A stretch of 64,000 nucleotides of DNA from Vicugna vicugna (Eukaryota), in NCBI GenBank assembly GCA_013265495.1, contig MU061538.1, positions 1,879,339-1,943,338 of the forward strand. Direction: 5' to 3'. Made by a program: the position numbers and the translations under genes. Below the pieces are notes generated by a model. It made no database searches and was not told the origin of the DNA. It worked only from the letters and a program-made list of their open reading frames with translations. Shown here in pieces: positions 13,560 through 26,672 of the stretch. Within the stretch, counting starts at the first letter, position 1. Each line of letters starts with the position of its first letter.

Positions 13560-14780
13560 AAGGAGCTGGTGCGAAAACTGACGAGCTCGGTGAGATTCTC
13601 TGTTCAGAACCCTCACTTTCCGGACTGCCACCCAAGTACATCCCTTCACAACGTGCTTCCGCCAGGGCGACCACTGGGGCTGCCCTCGACCTCCACTCGC
13701 AGGACGACCCCACCCGCGGCGACACCCCCTCCCCTGACGGGCGCCCGGGGCGGGCCGGGCCTCCGCTCCCCGCCCCGCCCGCCGCCCCTCAAGTGGGCCC
13801 GAGGCGTCACGCAGACTAGAGGGCAGAGGACCCCGTGAGCCTCCCAGGGGCCGAGGCGCGGAAGGGCACCACGACGGCGCGGAGCGGGACCGCCGCAGCC
13901 TCCTGCGCGGGCCGCCTCACGTACCTCCGGCGCCGGCTCCTCCGCCCGCTCCCAGGGCGGCGGCCATGGTGCTCGCTGGGCCCGGCCTTCAGCCTCGCCC
14001 CACCAAGCCAGCTGGTGGGCCGCCGGGCCAGCCGGGGCCCGGGGACGCGCGGCGAAGGATGGGGGACGGGGGACGGCGGGCCAGGCCCGGGGAGCGGAGA
14101 GCGGGCGCGCCCGGCGGGTCGCGGGCCCCTCCGGCCTGCTCCTCTGCAGGAAGAAAACAACAAACTATCGCAACATGGCCGCCGACTCGGCCCGCCGCCG
14201 CGGTGCACGCCGGGATGATGGCAGCCGGGAGGCGTCGGCGCGGGCCCTCCCCTCCAGGCCGCGGCGGCTCCGGGCTGTCTCCGAACGACGCAGGCCGAGT
14301 GCGGAAGGCAAACACGCGAGCGGCCGCCAAGCTCGACTCCAGAAACGCCAATGTTTAAAGCAGGGGTGGGGGCGGTTGCCGGCCGTAGTTCGGCACCGGG
14401 CTCTGTCGTAAGGCGCTTTTGCAGCAGTTGGCGCCGGGCTTTACGGCCGGTGGATGTCCCGTTGGAAGTGAGAGGGAGTGGGTCCCGCGCCCTGTAATGG
14501 GGCCTGAACCTGGTTTCTGCGTTTGGACTGTACGGTGCGGAGTCGGGGGCAGTAACTGCGCTGCGGACTGACGGGCGAAGCGGGCTCGCGGTCCGAGGGG
14601 CCGCGCCCCTCCGGCGGGCCGCGCGGCGCCGGGCATGCGCACTGCCGGGGTCTGCGGGCGGAGGCAGGTGTGCCCGAGCCGGGGCCTTGAGCGCCGCGCC
14701 GGGTGCCCCGAGACAGTTAGACCCGGGCTCACGTGCGCGTGAGAGTCCTGGGGGACAAGACAGTGGGTCGGAGAAGGCCG
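13560..14780. promoter_or_regulatory. CpG island / RBM33 promoter and 5' UTR
   Basis: Very GC- and CpG-dense tract around the RBM33 start. Contains a YY1-type CAACATGGCCGCC (14171-14183), an NRF1-like GCATGCGCA (14633-14641), GC boxes and a CACGTG E-box (14730-14735). Confidence 0.9.
13925..13967 (-). CDS. RBM33: RBM33 coding exon 1 (MAAALGAGGGAGAG + 1 nt)
   Basis: ATG at 13967 in Kozak context agcaccATGG, then 14 codons plus G, then donor G|GTACGT. The peptide matches the recalled human RBM33 N-terminus (MAAALGASGGAGAG...). Lies in a CpG island. Confidence 0.95.
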
Positions 14781-16699
14781 AGGGCCACTTCTGGCCTGTT
14801 GGCAGTTTGGGGGGCGGGGATGAATGTAATTAGGTTTCTAAGTACACACAAGCTACAACGTTGATTCAGAAACAGTGACAGCGGGGACTAGGGGGAAAGG
14901 AAAGTCATTTTAGGTAGAAAGAAAAGGCTGAGCAAAGACTCAGAGATGTCGAATGACTTGCAGCGAGTCCAGAACTGCGAGCAGTTCACATGGGCGCTGA
15001 GTATTAGATGAGGAAGGGTCGCCGTAAACCATGAGCTGGAAAGGTGCGCGAGGGCCAGAATGCGTTAAAGACTTCAGAGCATTTTCTGAAGCTGTAGAAA
15101 GTGTTGAAAGGTTTTAATAACAGAAGTTACATGATAGAATTTGTGTTTTAGGAAGATGTCTCTGACAACCATAGAGAGGAGAGGGAGGGCAGCATGGAGA
15201 GGTGTGAAAGTGGAGGTGCTCACACCAGTTAGTAAACAACGCCAACAGCACACACTAGAGGTGGATTTCTGCGTGGACCGAGAGATGGACATGCGATGAA
15301 ACAAGTGTAATAAAACTTAGTGGTAACATGTTGCTGGCTGAAGGAATATTTACTATATGTATGTTTGAAATTCTTTGATATAAAATGTTTGAAAAAATAA
15401 ACATTCCTAGATTAATAACTAATGTAGGCAATACTCATCTAAAAAATAAAAACCAAAAAACTTTTTTGATTTAGCCGTGTGTAATCACTGCAAAAAAAAA
15501 AAAAAGAGAAGAAATAGTACTAATCTTTGTAAGAAATCTTGACTAATTCTTCATCAGAAAGCATATCAACATATCCAGATTTTTAAATGGCTTGAACCTC
15601 CAATCACCTTTCATTATTTTTTTAACTGGAGAATGGAGTTCCCAACTCAAAAGGTGTCTTTCAGGATGGTTTCAGTGGTGATCTTGAGAAGGATGCTTGG
15701 GAGAAAAACAAATTCACAAAGATGAAACAATCTCAGATACTTTGTAGCCACGTTATAATGGAGGAAAAACACCCTTTCAGTTATGAACCACCTAAAACTG
15801 AATTTCTCTAGGACAAGAATCTCTTAACGGTTTTTCATCAAACAAGCACTGGAAAACATTCTGAGCATGGACACCAAATAGTTGAAGACCTTAATAAATT
15901 ACTGTAAGTAAAGGTTTAACAAGTCCCTTTTTTCTTCTCTTTGGACAAATTTCACTTTGGGCTGACTTTCCAACTTGTCTTAGAAACCAGATGAAGGTGG
16001 AATGTCAACTATGTTATAAAACAGCATTGCTTGTGTTAAAAATGCCCTCTGACTGGTACACTGCTTATGACTTGAGAGGAGTGAATAGCTGTTAAACACC
16101 CGTCAGGAAGCTGGGCCTTCTGCTCTCTCTTAATTGATTGTGGGGGTCTGAAAGATAAACTCAAGTAGGTGCTATGAGACATGTCGGTTCCCATGGTCAA
16201 GGGCTTCTAAGCCAGGGCAGCTCCCACAGCCTCATCTTGCACCTGAGCTGCATTCGAGGAGCCCAAGATTAACTCTCCGGGGAGCTTATGTGTGCCCGTG
16301 TGGACCAGCCAAGAGCCCCTGGTGCTGCCCTGCTGTAGCACGTGTTTATTCTCTGTCCTCCTAAATGAAGCTGCTGCCAAGTGTGACATATGTGAGTGTA
16401 AATGGTTAGACCTAGGACGGCCTCCTAAAGAGGGCTTACAGTTTCATGCATACCCTACTGAAAATCTTAAAATCTTAGCTTTGTTTTTAGTTAAAAGCGA
16501 ATATAGACACCTCCGTCTTCTATCAATATAAGCGAATGAAAATGCTAGGGCTCCTCTCGCCTATATAACACTCTACAGAAAATACTTTTCATTGTTGTAT
16601 TGCTGGATTTTAGGAATTAAATCTTCAAGAGATCAAGAAGGGGCGGGGGGAGCCTGAGTTCCAGCTGGTGGGCATAGGAGAGGCAGATTTCCCTAAGGA

Positions 16700-19600
16700 G
16701 GTAAGTTCTTGGGCAGATTCCGTTGAGGTGAGAGAATATGAACATGAATCTCCCAGACTGAACCACAGCTCCTGGAAGGGCGTCCTCAAATTTCACCCGC
16801 ACATTGTTCAGTTTAAGATCAACCAACTGTGAACTTATAATCAAAGATCACAAAATACACAAGAGAAGAAACCACTGTAATTGAGATCCCAAAAAACACA
16901 ACCTGCAGACTCGCCTCCTAAGGGACTCAGATATTAGAATCATGAAAAACAAAAGTAAGTGAAATGTTTAAGGAAATAAGAGATGATGGTTTGAGACGGA
17001 GAAGAGACTCTCCCCGTGACCAGAGCCCCAGCTCTCCTCCTCTTCCCTAACCATCTGCCCTGAGCCGTTCGGGGGCACTGGTGGTGATGGGGCGGGAGAA
17101 GGGGAGCAGGGGCTGTGCTGGCCCAGAGAGAGTATCAGACCCCAAGCCCTGTAGGAGGGCTGCCCAGCACAGGCCGTCAGAGCTCAGAAGGGCGCAGGTT
17201 AGCCAGCTCAGGCAGGGAGCCATCAGGCCAGCATGAGGAGGGCGTCCACCCACAGAGCCAGTTCAACACAGAGACTCACAACATGAGCAGGCTGCTAGGA
17301 CATCACCCTAGGGTGATGGGCCAAGTGAGATGAGCTGGGAGGAGCCACAGATGAATGGACGAGGTTGCCAGAGCACAAGCACTGTGAGAGGGCTTCTGCA
17401 CGTGTTGGGGGCAGGGGGCATGGAGACTCAGAACTGGATTATAAGAGCACCTGCAGGGGAGGCGAGGATAGCAGAGACCTGCAGCAGGGACAGCTTGCTG
17501 GTTAGGAGCAGGGAACTAATCAAGCAAGTGGACGAAGGAGGATGGAGCTGACTTTCACTGTCAGAGAAGGTGGTTACTTACATGGAGGAAAAACAACTAG
17601 AATGATCCCAAAAATAGATAGGTACGCAGGTAGGTGGATGGATAGATAGATAGACAGACAGAAAGACAGATTAACTCCTTGGTGTTTTATTGGAATACGG
17701 AATTTGCACCATGTAATGAGCATCCATTGGACAAGTCAGAGATTCAATGAGCTTCCAATTAATCTAACAATAATGATAGATTATATCACAGAATGAAACA
17801 GGAATCAATGTGTCTGTGCAAATACAAATGAATGAATAAATGGAAATATTTAAGAGAAACAGTATATCATAGTTACAAAGTTCCTCCCCAGAAAATACTT
17901 ATTCATTTTGTATGTATGTATGTAGTAGAAAAGAGTAATTTCTGGCAGAAAAGCCTAGAAAACTCCACCTTAACTGATGAAAGTAAACATATTCAGTAAT
18001 GGGATAAATCAAAATTATGTGCCACCTGAAAGGATGCAATAAGAAGGAACAGCATCACTTCTGTGATAATCCTGTCACAGATCCCTAAGAAATCTAACCC
18101 TAAGAAATAGGGACCAAAAAAGTGAGGGACATACTAGGAAACAATTGGCCTTTAATCTTCAGAAGTGTCAAATTTACGGAAAGGAAAGACTGAGGAAGTG
18201 TTTCAGACTGAAGAAAAAAAAAAAGAAAAAAGACTTAACAACTGAATACAATGCATGATTCTGAACTGGGTCCTTTCACTGTATTAAATATCATCGGGGC
18301 AATTTGCAAAAATCGATGAGGTCTGAAGATAAGATGGGAGTAATGTCACAAAATTAACCTCCTTGCTTTGATGATTGTAAGTGACACGTAGGAAGAAAGT
18401 CTTTGCAGGAACACACACTAAAGCACTTGCGGGTGAGGGGACATCAAATCAGGAACTTATTCTCAAGTGGTTCAGAATAAAAGGGTTTTCATTTCACTTA
18501 ACGTTAAACTTTTCTATATGTTTTTATTGCTTCAAAACAAAAAAGGACCAAAGGGAACACTTGAAAAATGTCATTGTTGAATTGTGGTGAGAGTGTCACA
18601 GGTATATTCACACATCCACCCGCTTCAAATTGTATACATTGAATACGTGCAGTGTTTTGTGCATCAATTACATCTCAATAAAACTGTAAAAAAAATTGTT
18701 GAAGTAAAAACACAAAAGTTAAACAGATGAGATACAATTGAGAGAATTTTAGGATTAAGGACGGATAGGAAAAGATTGCCCAGAATATCCCACAAAGGGA
18801 AGGTGGGAGGGGGGACAATGAGAACAAGAGGTTTAGAAACTGGGAGGACTGGATTGAGAATGTCAAAGTCGTGACAAAGTAAAGTTCCAAAAAGCACAGA
18901 ATAAAGAGAAGGGAGAACAGGCAATGTTTCAAAAGATGATTCCAAAGAACGTTTAAGAACTGATAAAAAATATAAACCCACAAATACAGGAGGCACAAAA
19001 AATACCAAGCGGGAAGAATAAAGAAATCCCCACCTGGATGTACTTGGTGAAACTGAACAGCGTCCACAAGGGAGATCTGAAGACAACCAGAATGGAACCG
19101 CCACCTCTGGCCGTGATGGACACACGGAGACACTTGGACAGATTCCTCACATCGTAACTGCAAAACTGGACAAATTAAAAAAAGAAACTGTTGCATTCTG
19201 TAACATAACATTGTTATCAACTATACCTCAAAAAATGGTATTAAAAACAGGAAAAAAAAGAGAATCAGCATCTAAAAGGTGAAAATCCCCAAGTGTTTGG
19301 AAATTATACTACAAAACTTTAAATAATATAAAAATTAAGTAAAAATTCACATAGTAAGTTAAGAAAATTTGGAACTAAATGAAAATAAAAACATAATAAA
19401 TGAAAAAAAAAAAGAAACTGTTTTCCAACAGCGGGCCACAGGCAGTGCAGGCCTGTGATCACTGAGAGAAGGGAGAGCAATGAGGTGGGCCTTAGCGATC
19501 ATAGAGCTTTCTGCCTGGAAACGCTTTTTGGACCATGAGACAGGAGGAAAACTCAAGTAAAACCCAGTTGTCTTAGAGACTTGAGGAACAGACCAGAGTT

Positions 19601-20000
19601 CAGAGGGGCTAACGTGGGGCATTGGGGGTGAGTAGAGGAGAGGCTGGAGCCCTGCAGAGGGAGAACTGCAGGAAGCCGCATGGGGACACCTTGAATGTGC
19701 TGCTGCAGGGAGAAACCCCATGAGGATGGGAAATGTGCAGAACAACCAGAAAGCTGAAAGCAGAGCGATTCCCAGAACTCACACAGGCCTGGGAGGCACT
19801 TGATCCTCAGCCGCCCAGAGTGGACAGTCCTGGCTGAACACCCAGCACATTTAGGAGAGATCCAAGAAGGCCCAGTGCATTAGTACCAGGACAAACCAGC
19901 ATTAGAGTAAAGATTACTCTAGAATCTCCTAACAAAACTTCAAAACAAGCCTGGAAATGATTATGCATGCAGCCCCTCAGAGCTGCAGAGATAGAGAGAC
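16700..20000 (+). mobile_element. Patchwork of old L1 fragments (5' region, ORF1, 3' ends) with a (GATA/GACA)n tract near 17638-17670
   Basis: A-rich L1-like segments at roughly 16750-17000, 17600-18690 and 18700-19050, plus L1 5'-type sequence at 19430-20000. Interrupted by non-L1 DNA. Confidence 0.5.
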
Positions 20001-21214
20001 CTGCACCATCTTGCAAGTTTCTTCTCCCTGAACCCCACCAGGCACTGACCCGAAAGATGGGCAGAGTCCCGAGCAGCCCCTCATTGCATAGGCTGAAGAA
20101 AGGATCTGCAACCACTTAAGAACCACCCCCCACCACCCACACACCTCCCCATCTTCCCTCGGAAAATAAGCTGTAATCTTTGGGGTGGGGGGAGCAACAA
20201 AAACTGGGGCTTTGGGGCAATGGGGAAACGCATCTCCGCTGTGGGAACGGGCCCGAGGAATAAAAAGTCCGAGCTCACAGGGGAGCAGGAGTGGGTGGGA
20301 GACCCAGACGACAGACTGCAGGAGTACTGGCCTCCACCTGGAGACCCGGGACAGGATGCTGTACTGCTGGGTCCGAGACGAGGCTGACACAGAACATCAG
20401 CTTTCCTCTCTCCCATCTCCTGCTTGCAGGCTGACGGACGTCAGGTAAAACTAACCATGGCACAGAGGTGGGAGAGAGACTGTCTCCTGGGAGCACAGTG
20501 CAGAGGCCCCGCCCAGGGGAAGGACGGACACATCTCTGCAACCCAGCCTTCATTCGAGCGCGGGGGGACTCTGGAGTTGAGGTGCAGAGCAGGTGGCTGT
20601 GGCAACCACCAGTACGTGCTCTGTGCCCCTTTGAGGGGTGTGCTGCTGTAACCTACAAAGAAAGCAGCATCACGTTCATCCTTTTGTCCTATTTTTTTTT
20701 GCTTCTCAAGTGTTAATTTTAGTCATGATTAAGTCTCTTTTTATGGGTTTTTTTTTTCCTTAGCCTCTGTTTTTCTCTCATTATTAAGAACATTTCCTTT
20801 ATAAAGGTATTAAAAAGATATCACCCTAGTGCCTATGGGTAAAAAGTAAAATGTCCCTATGAATTGCAGCTGAACCAGCAACTCCACAGTGTATGCAGAT
20901 CCAAGCTCTTGAGTTTCACATTTGCTTGAATTTCGGTTGCATTTAAGTATAAGCCTAAGATGGTAACTGATCATTGATTACAGAGCAGTGGTAAGTCTGA
21001 CTCTTATTTCTGGCAGAAGATCAGAGCTCCTCACCAAAGAAAGTTCCGCTTCTTAAGTATAAATATGCTATGAAACTATGCTCGCACCAGGGTGGTTTCT
21101 GAAACCACCCCTTTTGCTAGTGATGACTTATGTGACACACACACATCATTGGTGTTTTCAGTCGTGTTTCAGAAGCATGTTTAAAGCTTTAATCTAGGAG
21201 TTGGAGAATAACAG

Positions 21215-21435
21215 ACACATTTTACTGCATATAAAAAAACATCAAGGACTGACTGTAGAGCACAGGGAACTATATTCAATTTCTTGTAATGAGCTGTAAT
21301 GGAAAAGGTCTAAAAATATATACACATCTATGTATGTGTATGTATAACTGAATCACTTTGCTGTACACCTGAAACAGGCAGTGTAAACTGACTGCACTTC
21401 AACAAGCGATAAGAATTTTGGATAAATAAATAAAG
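21215..21435 (+). mobile_element. LINE-1 3' UTR fragment
   Basis: AGCACAGGGAACTATATTCAAT...ACTGAATCACTTTGCTGTACACCTGAAAC followed by an A-rich tail. Confidence 0.82.
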
Positions 21436-24289
21436 TGTTAATCTAGACAATGCTCTTGAGCATCGCAGGTGCGCCGGCTGGTCCCCCAACCTCGTTACCC
21501 TCTTCCTTTGTTGTTTTACCCAGGAAAGCAGGGAGAGGTCAGGCCTCACCGGTGGACAGAGAATGAGACAAGCTCACGTGACGCCCTCTCTGCCCATGCG
21601 GTCCTCCCAGGAGATGACCCCAGCCTGAACGCTCCCCGTAGCGTGGAGAACTGTATGAAACGACCGTAACCACAAACCACCACACCGAGCGTTGTGTCAA
21701 AGCAAAAGGAGGAACGGGGCTCCCAAAGTGGAAGTGTTAACTCTCCACGTTAAACGTCCTACCTGTCTATGAGTAGAGCGATCTTTCACCGTTTGTCCGT
21801 GTTACGCATTTGCTTCCAGTACGAATTCAAGCTCCCATCCTTTCCTTGCTGACATTGTTTAATTTTTGCCAAGTCTGGATTATCTGTGTTGTGCGAATAT
21901 TCATGAGCCTTAAATTCACTCGCCCATTGTGCCGAATGATAAGTAGTTGCTTGGGTGTGCCTTCAGGGTTACCTTCCAGAGGGGGAAGAACCTACAGTTC
22001 TGGCTTATTTCCTTCCGATTAACATTGGCTATTTACCCCATCACCACGTGTGGAGGCAGGCCAGGCTGGGGCTGGGCAGTGGAGGCGTAAAAGTGGCTGA
22101 GATGCTGTCCTGCCCCAGGGAGTCCCAGCAGTGCTGTGTGGTTGACACAGAGTGAAATTGCAGGACCAAGTCACTCAAACACGTTCTTAGCGAAGGAAAT
22201 TAGAGGACCTCCCCCCCAGGATAAATACACCACACTGTGAAGCTGGCACTATCATTCTAATATCCATAAATTTAGTTCCTCAGTACTGGCTATTGCTTGG
22301 ACACAGAAATACAGTTATTGAGTATCGCTACAAAAAGTTAAACTGTTGCCTCTCATTTTGACTAAGGACAAATCTCGTAAAGTCACACCTCCGTGGGAGC
22401 CCTGAGCTTTTGGGGGTGTCTTCACGATGTCTAACCTGACGGCAGCCACTTACCTGTCTAGACCTCTGTTTCGTCATTTATGCCCAAAAGGGAGACGCTA
22501 ATGTTTTAAGGCATTCAGTGCTGTGCCGGGAGCACAGAAAAGTGTGCTATGAAGTTCTTGTCGCTTCTAAAACTTGAGAAAAGATCAGTGTCATGCAAAG
22601 GTTTTAAAAAAGGGAGAAACCCTTTGCCCCATTCCTTCTAGAATAATAGATTTGTGGAACAGAAGTCACCACCACTCTGTGCCCCTCCCACCGACATGGA
22701 GTCTGCCTACGGGGTGGGTATGTGACCCAAACCAGGGACCCTCGGGACCCTGCACAAAGCTGCTGGGGGTAGTGAGGCTGGGAGAGTGTGACCTGAAAGG
22801 TGCCAGTGGCCATGTCCTTCCCACCGGGGAATCGGGGGCTCAGAAGACAGGAAGAAAGAGGCAGGAATGAGAGACAGAGTCCAAAAATGACTTCTCTCAA
22901 CTTCAGAGTGAGGCTGATATATTGTGCAACCCAAGGGATGAATTTTTCACCAGCAGAAAGTGAAAGAAATGTGGATCGTTGGTTTCTGAGCAGTAGGTAA
23001 ATACTTACCAGCTGTACAAAGTCTAAACAACCCTGTCCAAATGGCGTTCACCAAGTGATTGATCAGTTTTTTGTTACTACACCGAGTGCTGGAAGTGAAA
23101 GCAGTGATTTAAGCTACCTCTGGCTGGAAGGAGTTTTTAATGTGGCTAAAGAGATGAGGGAGAAATAAATGTCAAACAGCAGCAAGGCGCGTAAGTAGCT
23201 GGAGGCGGGGAGCATCTAGGGAGCAGCAGCATGGGCAGATCCGGGGGCAGGGCCCGGGTTTATGGTGTGATCCACATCCAAGAGCGGACTCGAAGTCATT
23301 GTTAATCTTCAAGTCCTCAATACTAAGTAGGTGCCTAGGTACTTGGAACATCTTCCTTTTTAAAAAGATCACTTGCAGATAGGATATCTTGTTTGAACTG
23401 TGATATGCTTATAAAAAGTTTTGCTGCCAGAAAGAGTTCGTGTTAACATTTTGGACAGTTATACCACTGGTTATGGGGGTAACCAGCAATCACTGGAAAA
23501 GCCACCAAAAAATCTCTCGTTGACCTACATTGGAACTTAGGAGAAAAAATAAAAATGCTTCCATAAATATTTGCCTAATGGAATTATATCAATTCAGTGG
23601 GTAGGGAAGAATTTTTAAAAAACAGGATTAAAAAATAATAGAGCATAAAAGCAGAAACTGATTAATTTTAGCTCATTAAAATTTGAAATTGCTCTGTATC
23701 TAAAAATGTCAGTTAAATGTGAAAAGACACTCCATACACTAGGAGAAGATGTCTGCAACATGTGTGACTAACAAAGCATTCATACCCAGAATATACATGT
23801 ATCTCTTGCCAATCAATGATAATACAGTAGCCCAATAGAAAAATAGGCACAGCATATAAACAAACAGATTATAGATAAGGCCACTCTAATGGCTAATGCC
23901 AACACCAGGAGGGGCAAAGCCTCACTCGGTGTGAGAGGTAGACAAATTGACACAAACTTACACCCATCAGAGTGCTCAGATTGTTAGCAGTTGAAAAGCT
24001 GGACCATACCAAGTGCTGGGGAGGGTGTGGGCGCAGCTAGAGGCGTTAGCCAGCGCAAGCACCTTGCAGACCTGACAACATCTAGTAAAGCGGGACAGGA
24101 GAGGCTCTTCTACCCGGCAGCCTTCTTGCTGGTACCTGCCCTAAAGAAATGCTCACACATGCGCAGTAAGATGTGCAGGCCCCTCCCCAGCACTGTTGAT
24201 TGTAGCAAAAACAAACAAAAGCCCCAAATGAGTGAAAACAAAACAAACACAGCATCCAGACGCTCATTGAAAAAAGAACAGATAAACAG

Positions 24290-24695
24290 ATTTTTAAAAT
24301 TTTATTTTTTATTGCAGTGTGGTTGATTTACATCGCTAGTTTCAGGTGTACAGCAAAGTGATTCAGATATACATACATATATTTTTCAGATTCTCTCCAT
24401 TATAAGTTATTACAAGAAATTGAATATATTTCCCTGTGCTGTACAGTAGATCCTTGTTGTTTATCTGTTTTGTATACAGTAGTGTGTATCTGTTAATCCC
24501 AAACTCCTAACTTATCCCTCCCCTCCCCTTTCCCTTTGGTAACCATGGTTTGTTTTCTAAGTCTGTGAGTCTATTTTTGGTTTGTAAATAAAATGTGTAT
24601 TTTTTTTTTAGATTTCACATAAAAGTGATATCATATAATATTTGCCTACCTCTGTCTGTCTTACTTCACTTAATGTGATCATCTCTAGGTCCATC
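24290..24695 (-). mobile_element. LINE-1 3' UTR fragment (artiodactyl / L1MA9-like)
   Basis: T-rich start, then TTCAGGTGTACAGCAAAGTGATTCAG...CCCTGTGCTGTACAGTAG...CTTACTTCACTTAAT, the antisense of the L1 3' ends seen elsewhere in the window. Confidence 0.85.
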
Positions 24696-26004
24696 TAAAT
24701 AGATTGTAATACACTCACACTCAAGTGGAAGTGGTGGACCAGAGCTCTGCATGCCACAATAGTAGAAAGATCTCAGATCAGGGTGTTGAGCAAACAAGTA
24801 AAGATTAAAATATGTATACAGCAAAAACTCATCTAAAGCCAAGGTATACAGACGTGCACAAGCATGGCAAATATTCTAGGCAGGGTACCGGGGGAAAGAC
24901 TGCACGGCCACAAGGGAATTCCACGTGCTTTACACCAGGCGTGTCTCTAGAACGTCTAACACATATTGTATGTCTGAAAGATTACGTCATAATAAATCAG
25001 GCGTTTGTCCTACACCTGTACGGAAGCAGAATCCTCTGCATTCTGTGAATTTTTTTCTATCCCAATTTCTTATTTTCCATTGAGCAGTTTTATTTGTAAA
25101 CATTTGTCATTATAAACAGTAAAAAGCTTCAGATTTATTCATCTGAAAGTTTTAACACTTGAAAATCAAAGAGTAATATTCTATTAGAAATTGTTTTTTT
25201 GTTTTGTTTTTTTTTAATCATACTTTTTTCTTGTAATGAGAACTTTTAAATCTACTCTCTTGCCAATGTTGAAATACATAAAGAAGTTTTTTTTTTAGCT
25301 AAATGTGGAAACAGAAAGAAGACAACTCTGCGTGGTTGATTTATCAGCAGGATGCTGGTTTTTAAAGCTAATTTAAGATGTATCTGATCCAAAAAAGAGA
25401 TTTTTATTGAATCAAAACTGCCTAAGAGCATTGCCTACGTTGCTTTGAGTTTTGTAGGAAAGTTATACTGTTGCAGATTACTTTTTAAACTAACGATCTC
25501 TTAAATCTCCTTTCAACTCAAAAATAACCTCAAAATAGGGCATTAAGTTTTTCCTGTGGGGAAAATTGATCAAAAAATCGCTGAGGTTCAAATTTTGTCC
25601 ATTAAAAAGAAAAAGAGCGTGACACCTGTGTATCTGCTGAGCACGTGCTTACGTGCTGAGCACCTGGATAGGTGTGAAAGTGGGAAGTCGGGTAAGAACT
25701 TGTCCTGCTGTCAAAAGCTCCAAGTTCATGTGGAGACAGACAAATAGAAGACAGAAGAAGAAATGAGGGGTCAGAAGTTGAGGGGCATGTGAAGAGCTCC
25801 GTGGGAGAAAGAGGGGGCTTTGACCCAACCCGGGGCTGCCGGGGAGGCAGAAAGAAACTGAACTTTGCTCAGATTTATTAGGATGGTATGGTATGTCAGA
25901 GGGTGGGGGTGGGGGACAGTTCCAGTGCAGTGACAAGTGCAGGGGACAAAGTCATCATTCCTTGCTTCTGTGACCCAGTATTTGTAATGCTTAAAAACCA
26001 TGTA

Positions 26005-26672
26005 TTGCAATAGGACAACCTAAATGTCCATCGACAGATGACTGGATAAAGAAACTGTGGTATATTTGTACAATGGAACACTACTCAGCCGTAAAAAGAA
26101 TGAAATAATGTCATTTGCAGCAACATGGATGGACCTGGAGATTGTCATTCTAAGTGAAGTAAGCCAAAAAGAGACAAAAAAATACCATTGATTTCACTCA
26201 TATGTGGAACCAAAAAAAAAAGAAAAAAGACCCTAATGAACTCATTTACAAAACAGAAACAGACACACAGATGTAGAGAACAAACTTATAGTTACCAGAG
26301 GGGAAAGGGATAAACTGGGAGTTGGAGATTAGCAGCAAATACTAACTACTATACATAAAGTAGGTAAACAAGAAATTCCTACTGTATAGCACGGGGAACT
26401 ATACTCAGTGTCTTATGGTCACCTATAATAAAAAGAATATGACGGAGGAGGGTATAGCTCAGTGGTAGAGCACGAGCTTAGCTTGTACAAGGTCCTAGGT
26501 TCAACCCCCAGTACCTCCATCAAATAAATAAATAAATAGAAAAAGAATATGAAAACGAATGTATGTATGTACATGTATGATTGAACTATTATGCTGTACA
26601 CCAGAAATGGACACATTGTAACTGACACATTGTAACTGACTGTACCTCAATTTTTTAAATTCTCAAATAAAA
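26005..26672 (+). mobile_element. 5'-truncated LINE-1 3' end, related to the 58.9-kb copy and interrupted by a SINE
   Basis: CCTAAATGTCCATCGACAGATGACTGGATAAAGAA and the 3' UTR align with 59241-59750. Internal 14-bp tandem duplication ACACATTGTAACTG at 26611-26638. Confidence 0.88.
26443..26539 (+). mobile_element. Camelid tRNA-derived SINE (Vic-1-like) inserted in an L1 3' UTR
   Basis: GAGGGTATAGCTCAGTGGTAGAGC (A box) and GGTTCAACCCC (B box) with an (AAAT)n tail. 13-bp TSD AAAAAGAATATGA at 26430-26442 and 26540-26552. Confidence 0.9.

Noticed and set aside
13816..14732. Many 120-130 aa ORFs in the CpG island
   Set aside because: Artefacts of high GC. Only the 43-nt RBM33 coding segment is supported.
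26443..26520. tRNA-like sequence
   Set aside because: It has an AT-rich tail, TSDs and a second diverged copy, so it is a SINE and not a tRNA gene.
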